This document shows, in pieces, positions 18,101 through 28,600 of a DNA stretch of 54,580 nucleotides; the first letter of the stretch is position 1; each line of letters begins with the position of its first letter. The stretch is taken from assembly GCA_903847465.1 (NCBI GenBank), contig CAINDQ010000093.1, forward strand, positions 1-54,580, in the 5' to 3' direction. A program made the translations under genes and the position numbers. The notes below the pieces were generated by a model that saw nothing but the letters and a program-made list of their open reading frames with translations, was not told where the DNA came from and ran no database searches. The stretch comes from an uncultured Candidatus Peregrinibacteria bacterium. GTDB lineage: Bacteria > Patescibacteriota > Gracilibacteria > UBA1369 > LOWO2-01-FULL-3.

Positions 18101-19502
18101 GAGTGCGTGCGTGGATGGAGCGAAAACTAGAACGGTTTCGACCTCCAGTCCAGAAAGTTGTGTCGGAGGAACGCCGGTTTTGGAGGGAAGTTGCAGTAGC
18201 GGAATTGTTATTTTTCCTCCTCCAAGAATTGTGGTGCCACCGGTCGTCGTTGTGCCTCCGGTTGTTGAACCGCCAGTTGTTGTGCCGCCAGTTGTTGTGC
18301 CTCCGGTTGTTGAACCGCCAGTTGTTGTGCCGCCGGTTGTCGTGCCACCGGTTGTTGTGCCGCCAGTTGTTGTGCCGCCAGTTGTTGTGCCGCCAGTTGT
18401 TGTGCCGCCAGTTGTTGAACCGATTTTGAAACCGCTGGTCGACATTGATCCGCCAGAAGATTCTCAGCCACCGACTGATTCTCAACCACCAGCTACTGAC
18501 GCTGAAACGGACTCAACTTCTACCGCAGATGAGGTGTTGGCAAAATTTATTGGAGGTGATGGTGACAATCCTGTCATAGATTTTGCGCTCGTGGATAATA
18601 CAAAAATGTACGAGAGGGGTTCTTATAGCAATGTTCTTTTGGAACTAATTGTTGAGGACAAAGAAGATTGTTTAGGAAATAAAGCCATGAGTTGTCTGGA
18701 AAAAGCTTATGGCCTGGATAAGGTTAAGAGAAAAAATCAGGGAGAAAAAAACTCATCAATTTTAACAGAAAAAGAAATTGGGGACGCCGTAGTTTTCAAC
18801 AAAAAACCTGGAGAAATTGTAACAATTCCAAGGCTTGTAAATCTGAATGGAACTGTGGGAAGCAATCCGGCAATTCTTGCTGTGTCTGCTCCGAACGATC
18901 AATTATTTGTGAGAATAAATACTGTTCCAGTAATGACTATTCAAGGTTATTCTGACGAAGAGGGCAAGGCTGTTTTTGGCTTATCACAGAGCTTAATGAG
19001 CGGAGATTATTCTGCTGAAATATACGCAGTAAGAAAAGGCGTGGCGGTAAATGGGAACAAAACCAACTTCACTGTCGACAAGGAAATTGATAATAATTTC
19101 TATATTTCCGACATGGTCGTGACAGAAGAAGATGCTCATGAACCATATGCCGGAGAGGCTGGGAAATTTGTAACCTTCGTTTTGAATTTAGCAGAAAATT
19201 ACGAACCAAAATTCGTGGCAATAGACTATATCGAATTCACAAAAACAGGAGGAAAAGTTTACGTTGTCACTGGCAACGTGGATCAAACTCAAGGTGGTGA
19301 AAATGCGATCGTATATCTTGCTTTCAAGAGTGTGACGTTTGGTTCTGCGGTAATCTCGGACGCTAGCCAAAAGGGTTCGTTCAAAATGATGGTGCCGAGA
19401 GGACTTGGAGCCAATTCTCATACTTTGACTGCCTACGCTTTCGATCCAAAAACAAATGCTTCTACGAATGCGAAAAAGGCGGCGTTTGTGATCAAGAAAT
19501 AG
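9183..19502 (+). CDS. giant secreted/surface protein (3439 aa)
   Basis: Uninterrupted 10.3-kb ORF. Signal peptide MRFRNVVSKIIIIALVSVMVPTGTVLA.
- Six Gly-rich beta-helix-like modules start at ~9266, 10199, 11118, 12470, 13158 and 14440 (C-x-S-x-G-x-W-N...VPQ-x-GD...GGTLTHGDN...GYDGG...GGGG runs).
- About nine FN3-like repeats span ~15490-18060 (S-L/I-T-W, Y-x-V/I, Y-T-L ends).
- A Cys motif, YSDWSACVDGAKTRTVS...C, lies at ~18068-18200.
- A 15-nt PPVVV repeat and a C-terminal ~320-aa domain are shared with the next gene. Confidence 0.9.
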   Translation: MRFRNVVSKIIIIALVSVMVPTGTVLAANTCASTGVNGDWNTATTWTNCGSTVPQEGDDVSIGHAVSIGNYSINRVANITIASGGTLTQNNTNTQTIAGILTIQSGGTLTHGNNAGTLAYKVDFSAVTIDVQNGGTIDVSGLGYDGGGSGANGSGPGGGFSPGGCTYTYGGGGAHAGNGGASNGAGGTAYVTTAAQIGTELGSGGGGGDCRAGGAAGGGLVKLTASGTVTVNGSITANGNNATGDSMGGGGGGAGGSIRITAYTVAGTPTAMEVKGGTKGTGGANGGGGGGGAVYIGYEYTSSSSIVLSNISKGGGTGANPGGEGFFWLEPLNAPVGGAHNCVSANSNTDWNNIFTWTGCGGTVPQVGDNVTIISPVNIGAYVINQVANITIGNGGTLSQNNLSTQIISGTLTVQNGGTFTHGDNAGTLAYEIDFSAATIDVQSGGVINADGKGYDGGGSGVDGSGPGGGIHPGGCTYTYGGGGANFGDGGASNGAGGTHYLHTSADIGTDLGSGGGGGDCRAGGANGGGIIKLNVSGTLTITGSITANGNNATGDSMGGGGGGGGGAIRINADTITGTPTALKATGGTKGSGGANGGGGGGGGIYIGYNTTNSVSAAGAYFSVAGGTGANNGGAGLPILEETAPTNTCISTGTNSDWNTAAAWSLCSGGVPQVGNNVRISHAVAIGSYTINQVANITIRNGGTLTQNNALTQTISGSLTVQSGGTLTHGDNSTTQAFKVDFSAASVDVQLGGVISADGKGYDGGTSNVHNNGYGPAPGIGKDGNGYQAGSGGGHGGNGGTTTDGDVGGTANGDVTNPATIGSGGGAAGGGVGGSGGGLIVLNATGSVTVAGTITADGTNGGNGSNSSAGGGAGGGIKIVADSISGTPTSFTATGGTSYGVVYASRNGGGGGGGIIYIQYTTGSNTFDPTAGYFSMKGGTGAGAGGAGVTYVKKVSVSDDLYIINGATVGADSPQVATSITATTVTIKSNAVYSLTTGKTLTLSSATSVANGDGTGTLKVSTGTLTTPSTFTVKDFILEIWNTGIITDSNLVDMTLDGTSNTVKGILDMRSFTTSASLALKSLTVGTVSSGYGKVTHGDNSTAQTNIINISTTNDLTINANGLVDADGRGYDGGTSTHNNGYGLAPGIGKDNNGYQAGSGGGHGGNGGVTTDGALGGTANENATNPATIGSGGGAAGGGPGGAGGGLIILDAGGTASISGTITADGTNGGNGSNSSAGGGAGGGIKITAATVAGTPTSMTAIGGNSYGVVYAGRNGGGGGGGVIYVGYTSGNSISSSAGYFSVVGGTGAGPGGSAGASSVTEIIPVNTCASTGTNGDWNTAATWSNCSGGVPQVGNNVRISHAVAIESYTINQVADITIRSGGTLTQNNTNTQTITGTLTIQSGGVLTHGNNSTSLLYKVDFSAATIDVQSGGSINASYLGYDGQNGSGKGVDSPYDRGAGGGAHAGNGGYAYNALGGTNNYSSFTNPATIGSGGGLGIGYASGGAGGGLIILNSSATTTINGTITANGSAGANNANGGAGGGAGGGIKITANAVEGTPQSFSVAGGAGGGPSYYGGGGGGGAVLINFANTNSILGPNISMSGGSGYTYGGAGVAYIKQTGTHGSLYSINAVSSESTLQFDSSLTVDNLYLSNSSFVVASTKAMIIETTTPFSIMPDGVSLGTLRISGGTLTTPNNFSITSSTLEFWQTSNWTNSSSLQLTVGASGTFSMGYFTTITPWNINSLVVSNGGTVTHVANSSAQTHIANISATTIDVQFGGSINVNGKGYSGQQGTGKGADSPYDQGAGGGAHAGNGGNAYRALGGTAYGSSTNPATIGSGGGKGIGGGFGGAGGGLIILNSSATTTINGTITANGGNGIFNSTGGGGGGAGGGVKITANAVEGTPQSFSVVGGVGGGADYGGYNGGGGGGGFVYIEYTISNSISSLAGYFSVAGGTGRASGGAGSPLFQVSNSSPVSTVANDSVAQSTDASGYLTFDVAVSDSDSDDVKLKVEYSDDDGVTWYDPLLLSANLSSETADLDNSGTYQIGSVDGIETASENTLTIVWDTKSASNGNGSLDIIENSNIKIRVTPNDGTIDGTAQTSNAFAIDNAAPSGTTALSSGLQTSSSVSLTWDASTDANFSKYEIWHGEILNDVENKTGTAAKWDDINDVNLATISTTSTEITGLAISTSFYFKIFAIDTFGNISTVDAFQVSTLASSQGSPTVTPLSTSELNVVIDQGSNPLSAEYAIKIGDNYVQAGGTLDTTEAWQTYDTWGGALGQNVTGLSPNTQYAVSSKARNSENIETALSDSVSVYTLASPVSNIVLTNASTNSEYKHTVSWENADQTGIKIDTSVVQDGACDDSFGTNLYDNATTNQSYPFENSATANTCYRVRILSYNGDGILNTNDAAVSNDLITPPSSVSNIHTTAASETSITWAWNAVTSATNYKVYLSDDTLVGETGTADTSYTMSDLSPNVEYSVYVRAANDNGEGITVAPVSAYTDANAPVNLGHTQGSQATTDMLWTWESSGTEFFASMPDQSLDSGWTTDLSWGVVGLAPNNLYEFFVRARNVELVETADSNYSAYTSQNPPDSISFSDLSSTSITATANGTFENLTLGDSGIKFINTTTSAQNISQQTSWINSSLSPNAQYTYRASALNGNGDESSNVENSVYTLANIPSAPVASNATGATIDLAVSVNGNPGTTNYVIHETTLNKYVQADGSLGDSENKNTATSFTITGLSLDTNYTFEVKAFNGDDVETAYSTATSASTTANAPLTPVLSTPTATTISITLDGNENPLNTLYNIYESVLLKYVKLATLALDVSADWQTMDTWGFVSGISGSLIVTGLTPNTQYTFSAASKDNEGRISEYSSTAALRTLAATPTSGVATLDGNSVTLTWDANGNPSGTNYFILKDSAPLASTTNTTYTDTLSGYATYAYSVYAQNVDLSDTGSLTLGEVIYTAPTCSSFTYSDWSACVDGAKTRTVSTSSPESCVGGTPVLEGSCSSGIVIFPPPRIVVPPVVVVPPVVEPPVVVPPVVVPPVVEPPVVVPPVVVPPVVVPPVVVPPVVVPPVVVPPVVEPILKPLVDIDPPEDSQPPTDSQPPATDAETDSTSTADEVLAKFIGGDGDNPVIDFALVDNTKMYERGSYSNVLLELIVEDKEDCLGNKAMSCLEKAYGLDKVKRKNQGEKNSSILTEKEIGDAVVFNKKPGEIVTIPRLVNLNGTVGSNPAILAVSAPNDQLFVRINTVPVMTIQGYSDEEGKAVFGLSQSLMSGDYSAEIYAVRKGVAVNGNKTNFTVDKEIDNNFYISDMVVTEEDAHEPYAGEAGKFVTFVLNLAENYEPKFVAIDYIEFTKTGGKVYVVTGNVDQTQGGENAIVYLAFKSVTFGSAVISDASQKGSFKMMVPRGLGANSHTLTAYAFDPKTNASTNAKKAAFVIKK
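18231..18422 (+). repeat. in-frame 15-nt tandem repeat (about 13 units) encoding (PPVVV/PPVVE)n
   Basis: Unit GTGCCGCCAGTTGTT and close variants. Four consecutive perfect copies lie around 18355-18415. Confidence 0.9.
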
Positions 19503-19528
19503 ACAGTGAATCCTCGCCCATTTTCGAC

Positions 19529-19558
19529 TTGAGCAAGGATGGCTTTTTGTGTTATAAT
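19529..19558 (+). promoter_or_regulatory. promoter candidate, TTGAGC-18 nt-TATAAT
   Basis: Hexamers lie at 19529-19534 and 19553-19558. They are followed by the same GATAAATTTGAAATAAAAA leader as at 9153. Confidence 0.45.
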
Positions 19559-19606
19559 ATTATGATAAATTTGAAATAAAAACAAAAATACTAAAGCAAA
19601 CCCATC

Positions 19607-22600
19607 ATGAGGTTTAGAAATGTTGTTTCAAAAATAATTATTATTGCGCTTGTTTTGACGATGCTTCCGACGGGAACTGTTTTTGCGGCGGATATCACTA
19701 GTGAGATTACAAACGCAAGTCTGCTTGCGTGCGTGAGAACGGCGTTGACTATCTCTGAGCCAACTCCAATCACGGATAATGATGCGGCGGCTTTGACTAG
19801 TTTGGATTGTAGCGGATTGGGAATCACAAGTGCGGCGGGAATTGAATATTTTACAGGGTTAACTTCTTTGGATCTCAACGGCAATCAATTGACGACAATA
19901 AATTTATCGACGAATACGGCTTTGGAAATTTTGGATCTTGGTGCAAATAATTTATCGACAATAGATTTGTCTTTAAATACAGCTTTGACAGACCTGACTC
20001 TCTATCAACAGGGGAATTTAACGGCAATAAGTTTATCGACAAATACAGCTTTGACCTCTGTAAATCTTGCCAACAATTTTTTGACTACGATAGATGTTTC
20101 GGACAATACGGCTTTAACTTCTTTGGCACTCCAAGGTAATGATTTGACGACAATTGATGTCTTGCTAAATACATCTTTGAGTTACTTAGATATATCTGGC
20201 AACAACATCACGGACATAAGTTCTCTTGTGGCCAATGCGGGAATAACGGGAAGTGGAGATACTATTGATGTGAGAAATAATCCTTTGAATTTGACGTCAT
20301 TTGCGGATATCGGCACGTTATCCGGTCGTGGAGTAAATGTTACGTACAATACTTATTGTGGGAATAATAATGTTGAATATTGGAATGATTGGTCAGAACA
20401 ATGCGATGATGGAAATAATACAAGTGGAGATGGCTGTAGTGATACATGCCAGAACGAGGGTGGCGGAATGCCTCCTGAATGGAATGTTGATGGGGCAGAT
20501 GATCATGAAATTATTGTGAATGTTAGTTTTCCAGAATGGACGCAGTATCCTATTTTGGTTGCAGGTTGGTATGGAGATGCAACCGATGGTGCCCCTGATG
20601 GATATGTTGCTATTTCTTCTCCTGGTACTGCGCATATATACGTCCCTCATGTTGAAGGACAAACAACAGTGATGATTTCTGCTCTATGGTGGAATTCTCC
20701 AACAATTGGCGGCAATCCAGCTCGAATGGGATCTTATGCTACGCCGATTTCTATTGCTGGAAATGGTCCGGATACGATTGATGTGACATTGAATGAAACT
20801 GGAGGTTCAGGTTCAAATTTAACTGACGCTTGGGTTGATGACGAAGCTGGCTCTACTACTTTTTATGCACTTTTTGATGGTAACTCTATCCCTGGAGGAG
20901 ATCTTTCTTCTTATATTACTATACAAAATCGTGCTGGCACAGTTCTTTCTGCTTTTTTGCAGTCAAACCCTATCGAATATAATGGAACAACTTATACGGA
21001 TCAGGTAGTTGTGGGGACTTATTCTGAAACTGTTGTGCCTGGAGACGTTCTTTTGGTTGATGGACAGCCAGATACTGGGATCGTTTATTATGGTGGGGCA
21101 GGGCCTACGGATATTGTTTTTGCGGATGCAAATTTTGAGGCGTGCGTGAGGGGAAATTTTGGCATCGACGAATTCACTGCGGTTACGGATGTAGATGCGG
21201 AGACTCTGACGAGTTTGAGCTGTGGAGAAATGGGAATAACTGATGCGACTGGAATTGAATATTTTACGAATTTGACCTATTTGTACATGGGTGCGAACTC
21301 ATTAACAACAATAGATCTTTCTGCAAACACTGCTTTAGAGGAATTGAATCTGGCCTTTAATTCTTTAACAACAATAGACCTCTCTGCAAACACTGCTTTG
21401 GAAAGTTTGTTTCTCGACTCTAACAATTTAACATCGATAGACGTTTCAGCGAATACGTCTTTGATTAATTTGTATCTATCAAATAACGCTTTAACAACTA
21501 TAGATGTCTCAGCAAATACTGTTTTGTACTTCCTGTTTTTAAATGGCAATGATTTAACATCGGTAAATTTATCAGGTGCAACTGCCTTGAATCATTTGTG
21601 GCTCGACAGCAATGCTTTAACCACAGTAGACGTTTCAGAAAACACTGCCTTGACCGAATTATGGCTTCAGAACAACACTTTAACAGCAATAGACGTTTCA
21701 GATAACACAGCTTTGACGGAATTGAACCTCCAAAATAACGCTTTAACAACAATAAATGTAGGGGAAAATACGGCTTTGACTGATTTGAACATCTCCGACA
21801 ACACTTTAACAACCATAGATGTTTCGGCAAATACAGTTTTGTATAGTTTGTCTCTCTATTCCAATAATTTAACATCAATAAATGTATCAGGAGCTACGGC
21901 TTTGAGATATTTATATCTAAACGACAATGCGTTTACATCGATAGATGTGTCTGGGGCTACGACTTTGACTACTTTAGTGCTCAACGATAATGCTTTAACA
22001 TCAATAACCGCAGGGGCTGCTTTAACAACGTTGTATTTAGAATCCAACAACCTGACAGATGCAAGCATTGTGAGTGGCTTAACTTCTTTAAATAATTTAA
22101 CTCTTGCCAATAATTCCATTACAGACATAAGCGATTTGAGCGGCTTAACTTCCTTGGAAAGCTTAGCTTTAAACAATAATTCTATTAGCGATATTGAGCC
22201 CTTGCTGGGCAATGCTGGAATTGGTTCTAACGACTATGTAGATTTTAGTGGAAATCCTCTTGATTCGGTTTTGGCGGATTTATATATATTGGCTGGGCGT
22301 GGAGTATTTGTTACCTACGATTGGGTTTGTAGCAATGAGTTGGTGGAATGGCCAGAAACTTGTGATGACGGAAATAATACGGATTGGGATGGATGTAGCG
22401 CTACCTGTCAGATCGAAGGTTGTACGGATGGATCGGCAGATAATTTTGATCCTAGCGCAGTTGTTGATAATGGAACGTGTTTGTTCCCAGATCCACCAGA
22501 AGATATTTGGGGATGTACGGATAGTGGGGCAGAGAACTGGGATCCTAGCGCCAATATGGATGATGCGTCTTGTACGTATCCACCTACACCAGTTGAAATC

Positions 22601-25600
22601 ACTTTCACCGATGCAAATTTGGAGGCGTGCGTGAGGACGGCGCTGGAAATTCCGACGGATCCGATCACGGATGAGGATGCGTTGACGCTGGAGAGCTTGG
22701 ATTGTTCGCCTCCTGACGATTCCACCCCAGAATTTCCAATAACCGATTTGACCGGATTGGAATATTTTACGAATTTAACTGGGTTAGATTTGGGTTATAA
22801 TTCAATTAGCGATCTAGGCCCTTTGAGTGGTTTAACTAATTTAACTTCTTTAAATCTTTTTTATAATTATTCTATTGGTGACATTAGTGATTTAAGCGGA
22901 TTAACTTCTCTGACTTCTTTGGATATTGGCGATAATTCGATTAGCGATCTAAGCCCTTTGAGTGGCTTAACTTCCTTAACTTATTTAGTCGCAAGCGGTA
23001 ATTATATTGCAGACTGGGATCCTTTGAGCGATTTAACCTCTTTGACTTATTTGGATCTTCAGGCTTCTCAAATTAGTGATCTAGGCCCTTTGAGTAGCTT
23101 AACTTCTTTAACTCAGTTAAATCTTTACAATGATGGAGTCAGTGATTTGACTCCCTTGATAGGTTTAACTTCCTTGGGTTATCTAGAGCTTGGGCGGAAT
23201 TACGTTAGTGACGTAGGTCCTTTGGTAGATAATGTTGGGTTTGGTGCTGGGGACAATATATCTTTAACAAACAATCCTTTAAATTTAGCATCGTTAGTGG
23301 ATATAGGCATATTAGGTTCTCGCGACGTATACGTTGGGTACGACTGGGTTTGTGGGAATTCTGTTATTGATGTTGAAGAGGATGAATCGGTTGGTTTTGA
23401 AACTTGCGATGATGGGAATAATGATGACGGAGATGGATGTAGCGCGATATGTCAGATTGAAGAAGGTGGCGGCGATCCTGATCCAGTCGAAATCACTTTT
23501 GTTGATGAGAATTTCGAGGCGTGCGTGAGAGATGCGTTGGATATTCCAACGGATCCGATTACGGAGAATGATGCAGCGGCATTAACGGATTTGAATTGTA
23601 GCAATTCAGGAATTACAAGCACCGCAGGACTTGAATATTTCACAGGGTTAACTTCCTTAAATCTCGAATCCAATGCGTTAACGACATTAGACGTTTCGGC
23701 AAATACGGCTTTGACTTATTTGCATCTCGAATTTAATTCTTTAGCGTCATTAGACGTTTCTCAGAACACAGATTTGATTTATTTGGATCTATACGGCAAT
23801 GCGTTAACATCGATAGACGTTTCAGCAAATACAGCTTTGGATTATTTGACTCTCAGCGCCAATGCTTTAACAGAAATAGACGTCTCTCAGAACACAGCTT
23901 TGAGTGCTTTGTGGCTCAATTATAATGATTTAACAGAAATAGATGTCTCTCATAATACGGCTTTGCAACACCTGTCTCTCTTCCATAACGAATTAACATC
24001 AATAGATGTTTCGGCAAATACAGCTTTGGATTATTTGGATCTCTCAAATAATGCTTTAACAGAAATAGACGTCTCTAATAATACGGCTTTGGATACTTTA
24101 GTTCTCAACAGTAGCAATTTAACAACAATAGATGTCTCGGTAAACACAGATTTGAGGGAGTTGTATCTAAATAATAACAACATAACCGACATAGGTTCTC
24201 TCGTTGCCAATGCTGGTATAACAGGAAGTGGTGATTTTGTTTATTTAAATGGAAATTCTTTTAATTTAACATCGTTGGCTGACATAAATACTTTGATTGC
24301 TCGTGATGTACACGTCAACTACGATCAAGTTTGTGGAGATGAAGTGGTTCAAGAACCTGAAACTTGTGACGATGGAAATAATACAAATGGAGATGACTGT
24401 AGCGCAATATGTCAGGTGGAAGTTGAAATTGAGTTCGCGGATGCAAATTTGGAAGCGTGCGTAAGGACGGCGTTAGAAATTCCAACTGATCCGATCATGG
24501 ACACGACCGTATTAGGGAGAACGACTTTAAGTTGCAACGGGAGATCTATCTCTGATCTGACTGGATTGGAATATTTTGTGGATTTGGACACCTTGGATCT
24601 TAGCAATAATACTATTACCGACGTGAGTCCTTTGAGCGGATTAACTACTTTGGTTGATTTATATCTTGATGGCAATTCTATAAGTAATGCGGATGCGTTG
24701 AGCGGCTTAACTTCCTTATACAATTTGTCCCTTTATGATAATTCAATCAGTAGCATAGGTGACTGGAGCGGACTTAATTCTTTGCACTATTTAAACGTAA
24801 GGAATAATTCTATTAGCGACATAAGCAACTTGGCCAGTTTAACTACTTTAACTGAGCTGGGAATTGGGTATAATTCTATTAGCAATATCAGTGTACTGAG
24901 TGGCCTAACTGATTTAACAAATTTGGAGGCATCCAATAATTCTATTATTGATGTTCATCCTTTGAGCGGGCTACATCTAACTACCTTGCATCTTAACAAC
25001 AACTCCATTGTCAGCGTATATCCTTTGAGTGCGATGACTTCGTTAACGTTCTTGAATCTCAGTGATAATTTCATTAACAGCACAAACGATTTCCGCTGGT
25101 TGTTTAATTTGACTTATTTAAATCTTGGCGATAACGCCATTAGAAATGTAAGTTCGCTGGAATGGTTAACCAATTTAAATACTTTACAACTACCTAACAA
25201 TTTAATTAGCGACATCACTCCCTTGGTTAGCAATGCAGGAATTGGCACAGGAGATACTGTAACTTTAATTGGAAATTCTTTGAACTTGGCGTCGGTTGCT
25301 CATGTAGGAACTTTGGTTGGTCGTGGAGCGACAGTTCCTTATAATTATGTTTGTGGAAATTCCGCCGTCGAAGGGACAGAAACTTGTGATGATGGAAATA
25401 ACACAAGTGGAGATGGATGTAGTAGTACGTGTCAGACGGAAGTCGAAATTACTTTCGCGGATGCGAATTTTGAGGCGTGCGTAAGGGATGCTTTGGAAAT
25501 CGCAAGCCCTACTCCGATTACAAATTCGGATGCAGTGACTCTGACGAGTTTGAGTTGTAGCACAGCTGAAATTAATAGCGCTGATGAAATTGAATATTTC

Positions 25601-28600
25601 ACAGACTTGGACACCTTGGAGCTTGGATGGAACAATTTAACTTCAATAGACGTCTCACATAATACGGCTTTGACCGACTTGGAACTCTACGACAACCATT
25701 TAACTTCAATAGATGTTTCGGCTAATACGGCTTTGACCGACTTGAATATCGGCTGGAACGATTTGACGTCGGTAGATCTCTCTCATAACACAGCCTTGAG
25801 ATATTTTGATGCTTCAGGGAATACTTTAACAACAATAGATGTTTCGGCAAACACTTCTTTGCTAAGTTTGAATCTCGAATATAACACTTTAACTTCAATA
25901 GACGTTTCGGCAAATACGGCTTTGACTTATCTGGAGCTGGGCATTAATAATCTAACGTCAATCGATGTATCGACAAACACCAATTTAGACACTTTGGATC
26001 TTGAGGAAAATTATTTGTCCACAATTGATCTTTCCAATAATTCAGTTTTGAGATATTTGAGACTTAAAGAAAATGACTTAACAACTATTGATCTTTCGGG
26101 AGGCATCGCTTTGGAGAATTTGGATCTTCGCGATAATGATTTAACAGCGATCGATGTTTCAACAAATACGGCTTTGACTTCTTTAACCCTAAACGGTAAT
26201 TCCATTAGCGACATAAGTTCTTTAGGCGAGCTAATGTCTTTGCACACGCTATTCCTTGATGGCAATTCTATTACTGATATACAGCCTTTAGTGGATAATG
26301 CCGGGCTTGGTTCCGGAGATGGAGTAGGTCTAAGCTATAATCCGTTGAGTGATGAATCCATTAATGTGCTTATTCCGGAACTGGAGGGTCGCGGAGTTAC
26401 GGTGTTTTACGAAGTCTATGGCAGTCCTTGGGAAGTGCCAACGGGAGATGATCATGAAATAATTTTGAATGTAAATTGGTCGGAATGGGTGAAGGGCCCA
26501 ATTTCGGTTATGTTTTATTATGGGACTGCATGGGGCAACGGGCAGCCAAGTGGAATGGCCACAATGGGTTCTCCAGGAACTATTCATTTGTATGTACCTC
26601 ATGTTCCAGGGCAGGAATTTGTGACGCCTATAGCATTTTGGCAGGGAGCTCACGATAGTAACTTAATGGGCTTAACTGATCCAGTTTCTATTCTTGATAA
26701 TGGTCCGACAACTGTTGATATAAATATGGGAGAGTATTTCACCTCAACTTTAGTTAGTGGAAATTCTGATAACGAAATTGAGGCAAGATTCTTTACGGAT
26801 CTCCCAAATGATCAGGAAACTATAGATGCATTTCAGAATGTAAATCTGTGGACGGTCGAAGGCGTGTCGCCATTGTCAGTGGTTATTGATGGAGTGAGAA
26901 CGATCCATTTTGTTTTTGAAAATGACATAGTCGCTGGAGCCATATTAGTCATGGATGATCATGTTGGTGGAATTTTATCATCGACTATTCAGGCAGGAGA
27001 GATTCCTGATCCGATTTTGGGTTGCACCAATCCTGACGCCGAAAACTATGACCCTAGTGCGGATACTGATGATGGATCTTGTACGTTTGCGCCGATCTTA
27101 GGCTGCACCAGTCCTGACGCTGAAAACTATGACCCTAGTGCGGACACTGATGATGGATCTTGTACTTATGCTCCGATCTTAGGTTGCACCAATCCTGACG
27201 CTGAAAACTACGATCCTAGTGCGGATACTGATGATGGATCTTGTACGTTTGCGCCTGGTCCAGTCGAAGTTGTTTTTGCGGATCCGAATTTGGAGGCGTG
27301 TGCTAGAACTATTTTAGGGATTCCTGAACCAACTCCTATTACATCAACTGATGCTCAGTCCATCAGTGCGTATTTTACTTGTCACAACTCAGTTACTGAT
27401 TTGACTGGAATGGAATATTTCACGAATTTAGTTAATATGGATTTTAATGGTAATTCAATTAGCGATTTGAGCCCTTTAGCCGAACTGACCGCTTTGACTG
27501 AATTGCATATTGTTAGTAATTCAATAACTGATATTAGTGTTCTGAGTGGCTTGCCTAATTTAGCTCGCTTACAAATTGGCAACAATCTAATTACCGATAT
27601 TAGTCCTTTGGCTGGTTTAACTCATTTATACGAACTGAATTTATCTAACTGCTCTCCAGACGAAACCAATAATTTGATCAGTGACATTAGTCCTTTGAGT
27701 GGATTAACTTCATTAACTAATTTGGGTCTTTGTGGGGTTTCTGTCACTGATATAAGTCCTTTGGCTGGTTTAACTTCTTTGTTAGAATTAGAGCTTCGTG
27801 CAAATAATATTAGCGACATAACTCCTTTGGCTAGTTTAACTGATTTACGGACTTTGCAACTTGGCGGTAATCAGATTAGCAACATAACCCCTTTGGCTGG
27901 TTTAACTCATTTGACGTCTTTGGATATTGGACAAAATTCGATAAGCAACATTGGTGCGTTGAGTAATTTGACGTCTTTAACTTCGTTAACTCTTGGATGG
28001 AACTCAATTGTTGATATAAGTCCTTTGAGTGGATTAACTTCTCTTACTAATTTACAGCTCAACACAAATTCAATTGTGAATATAGGTGTTTTGGCTGGTT
28101 TAACTCATTTGAGTAATTTGACGTTGGACTGTAACCCTTTAGACGCTGGTTCAATTGCTTTGATTGGAACTTTAACTGGGCAAGGTGTGACGGTTGATTA
28201 TGATGAAAGTTTAACTGGATGCGGAGGGGGAGGTGATGGGGGAGGTGATGGTGGAGATGATTCTGCTGACTTTAGCGTTCCGACTGGGGATGATCACGTG
28301 TTTACTATTAATTTAGATTGGGATGATTGGGCTGGAAATCCTATTGGTATCTTGTTTACATATGGAGATGTTTCTTCAGACGGTAATTCGTTAGATGGAT
28401 TTATTGAGGTTGCAGAGCCGGGAACTTACACTGCGTATGTTCCTCACGTAGAGGGAGAAACGAACGTTTCAATTTCGCTATTTTCACAATCTGATCCTGG
28501 TCTTGATGGTCCTGATATCGTTTGGTTCTATGGGACTTCTCCTTCAATCTCTGGAGCTGGGCCTACAACTCTAAATCTTGATATGGATACATCTAGTTAT

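Noticed and set aside
17925-18489. ORFs reading GGTTT, NNWRH or QQLAA repeats across the PPVVV region
   Set aside because: They are other frames or the other strand of the 15-nt microsatellite. They are periodic artefacts.
21300-22200. Regular 66-nt periodicity that superficially resembles a repeat-spacer array
   Set aside because: The periodicity is in frame and encodes 22-aa leucine-rich repeats within the giant ORF. The repeats are degenerate, there are no unique spacers, and no cas genes are present. It is not a CRISPR array.
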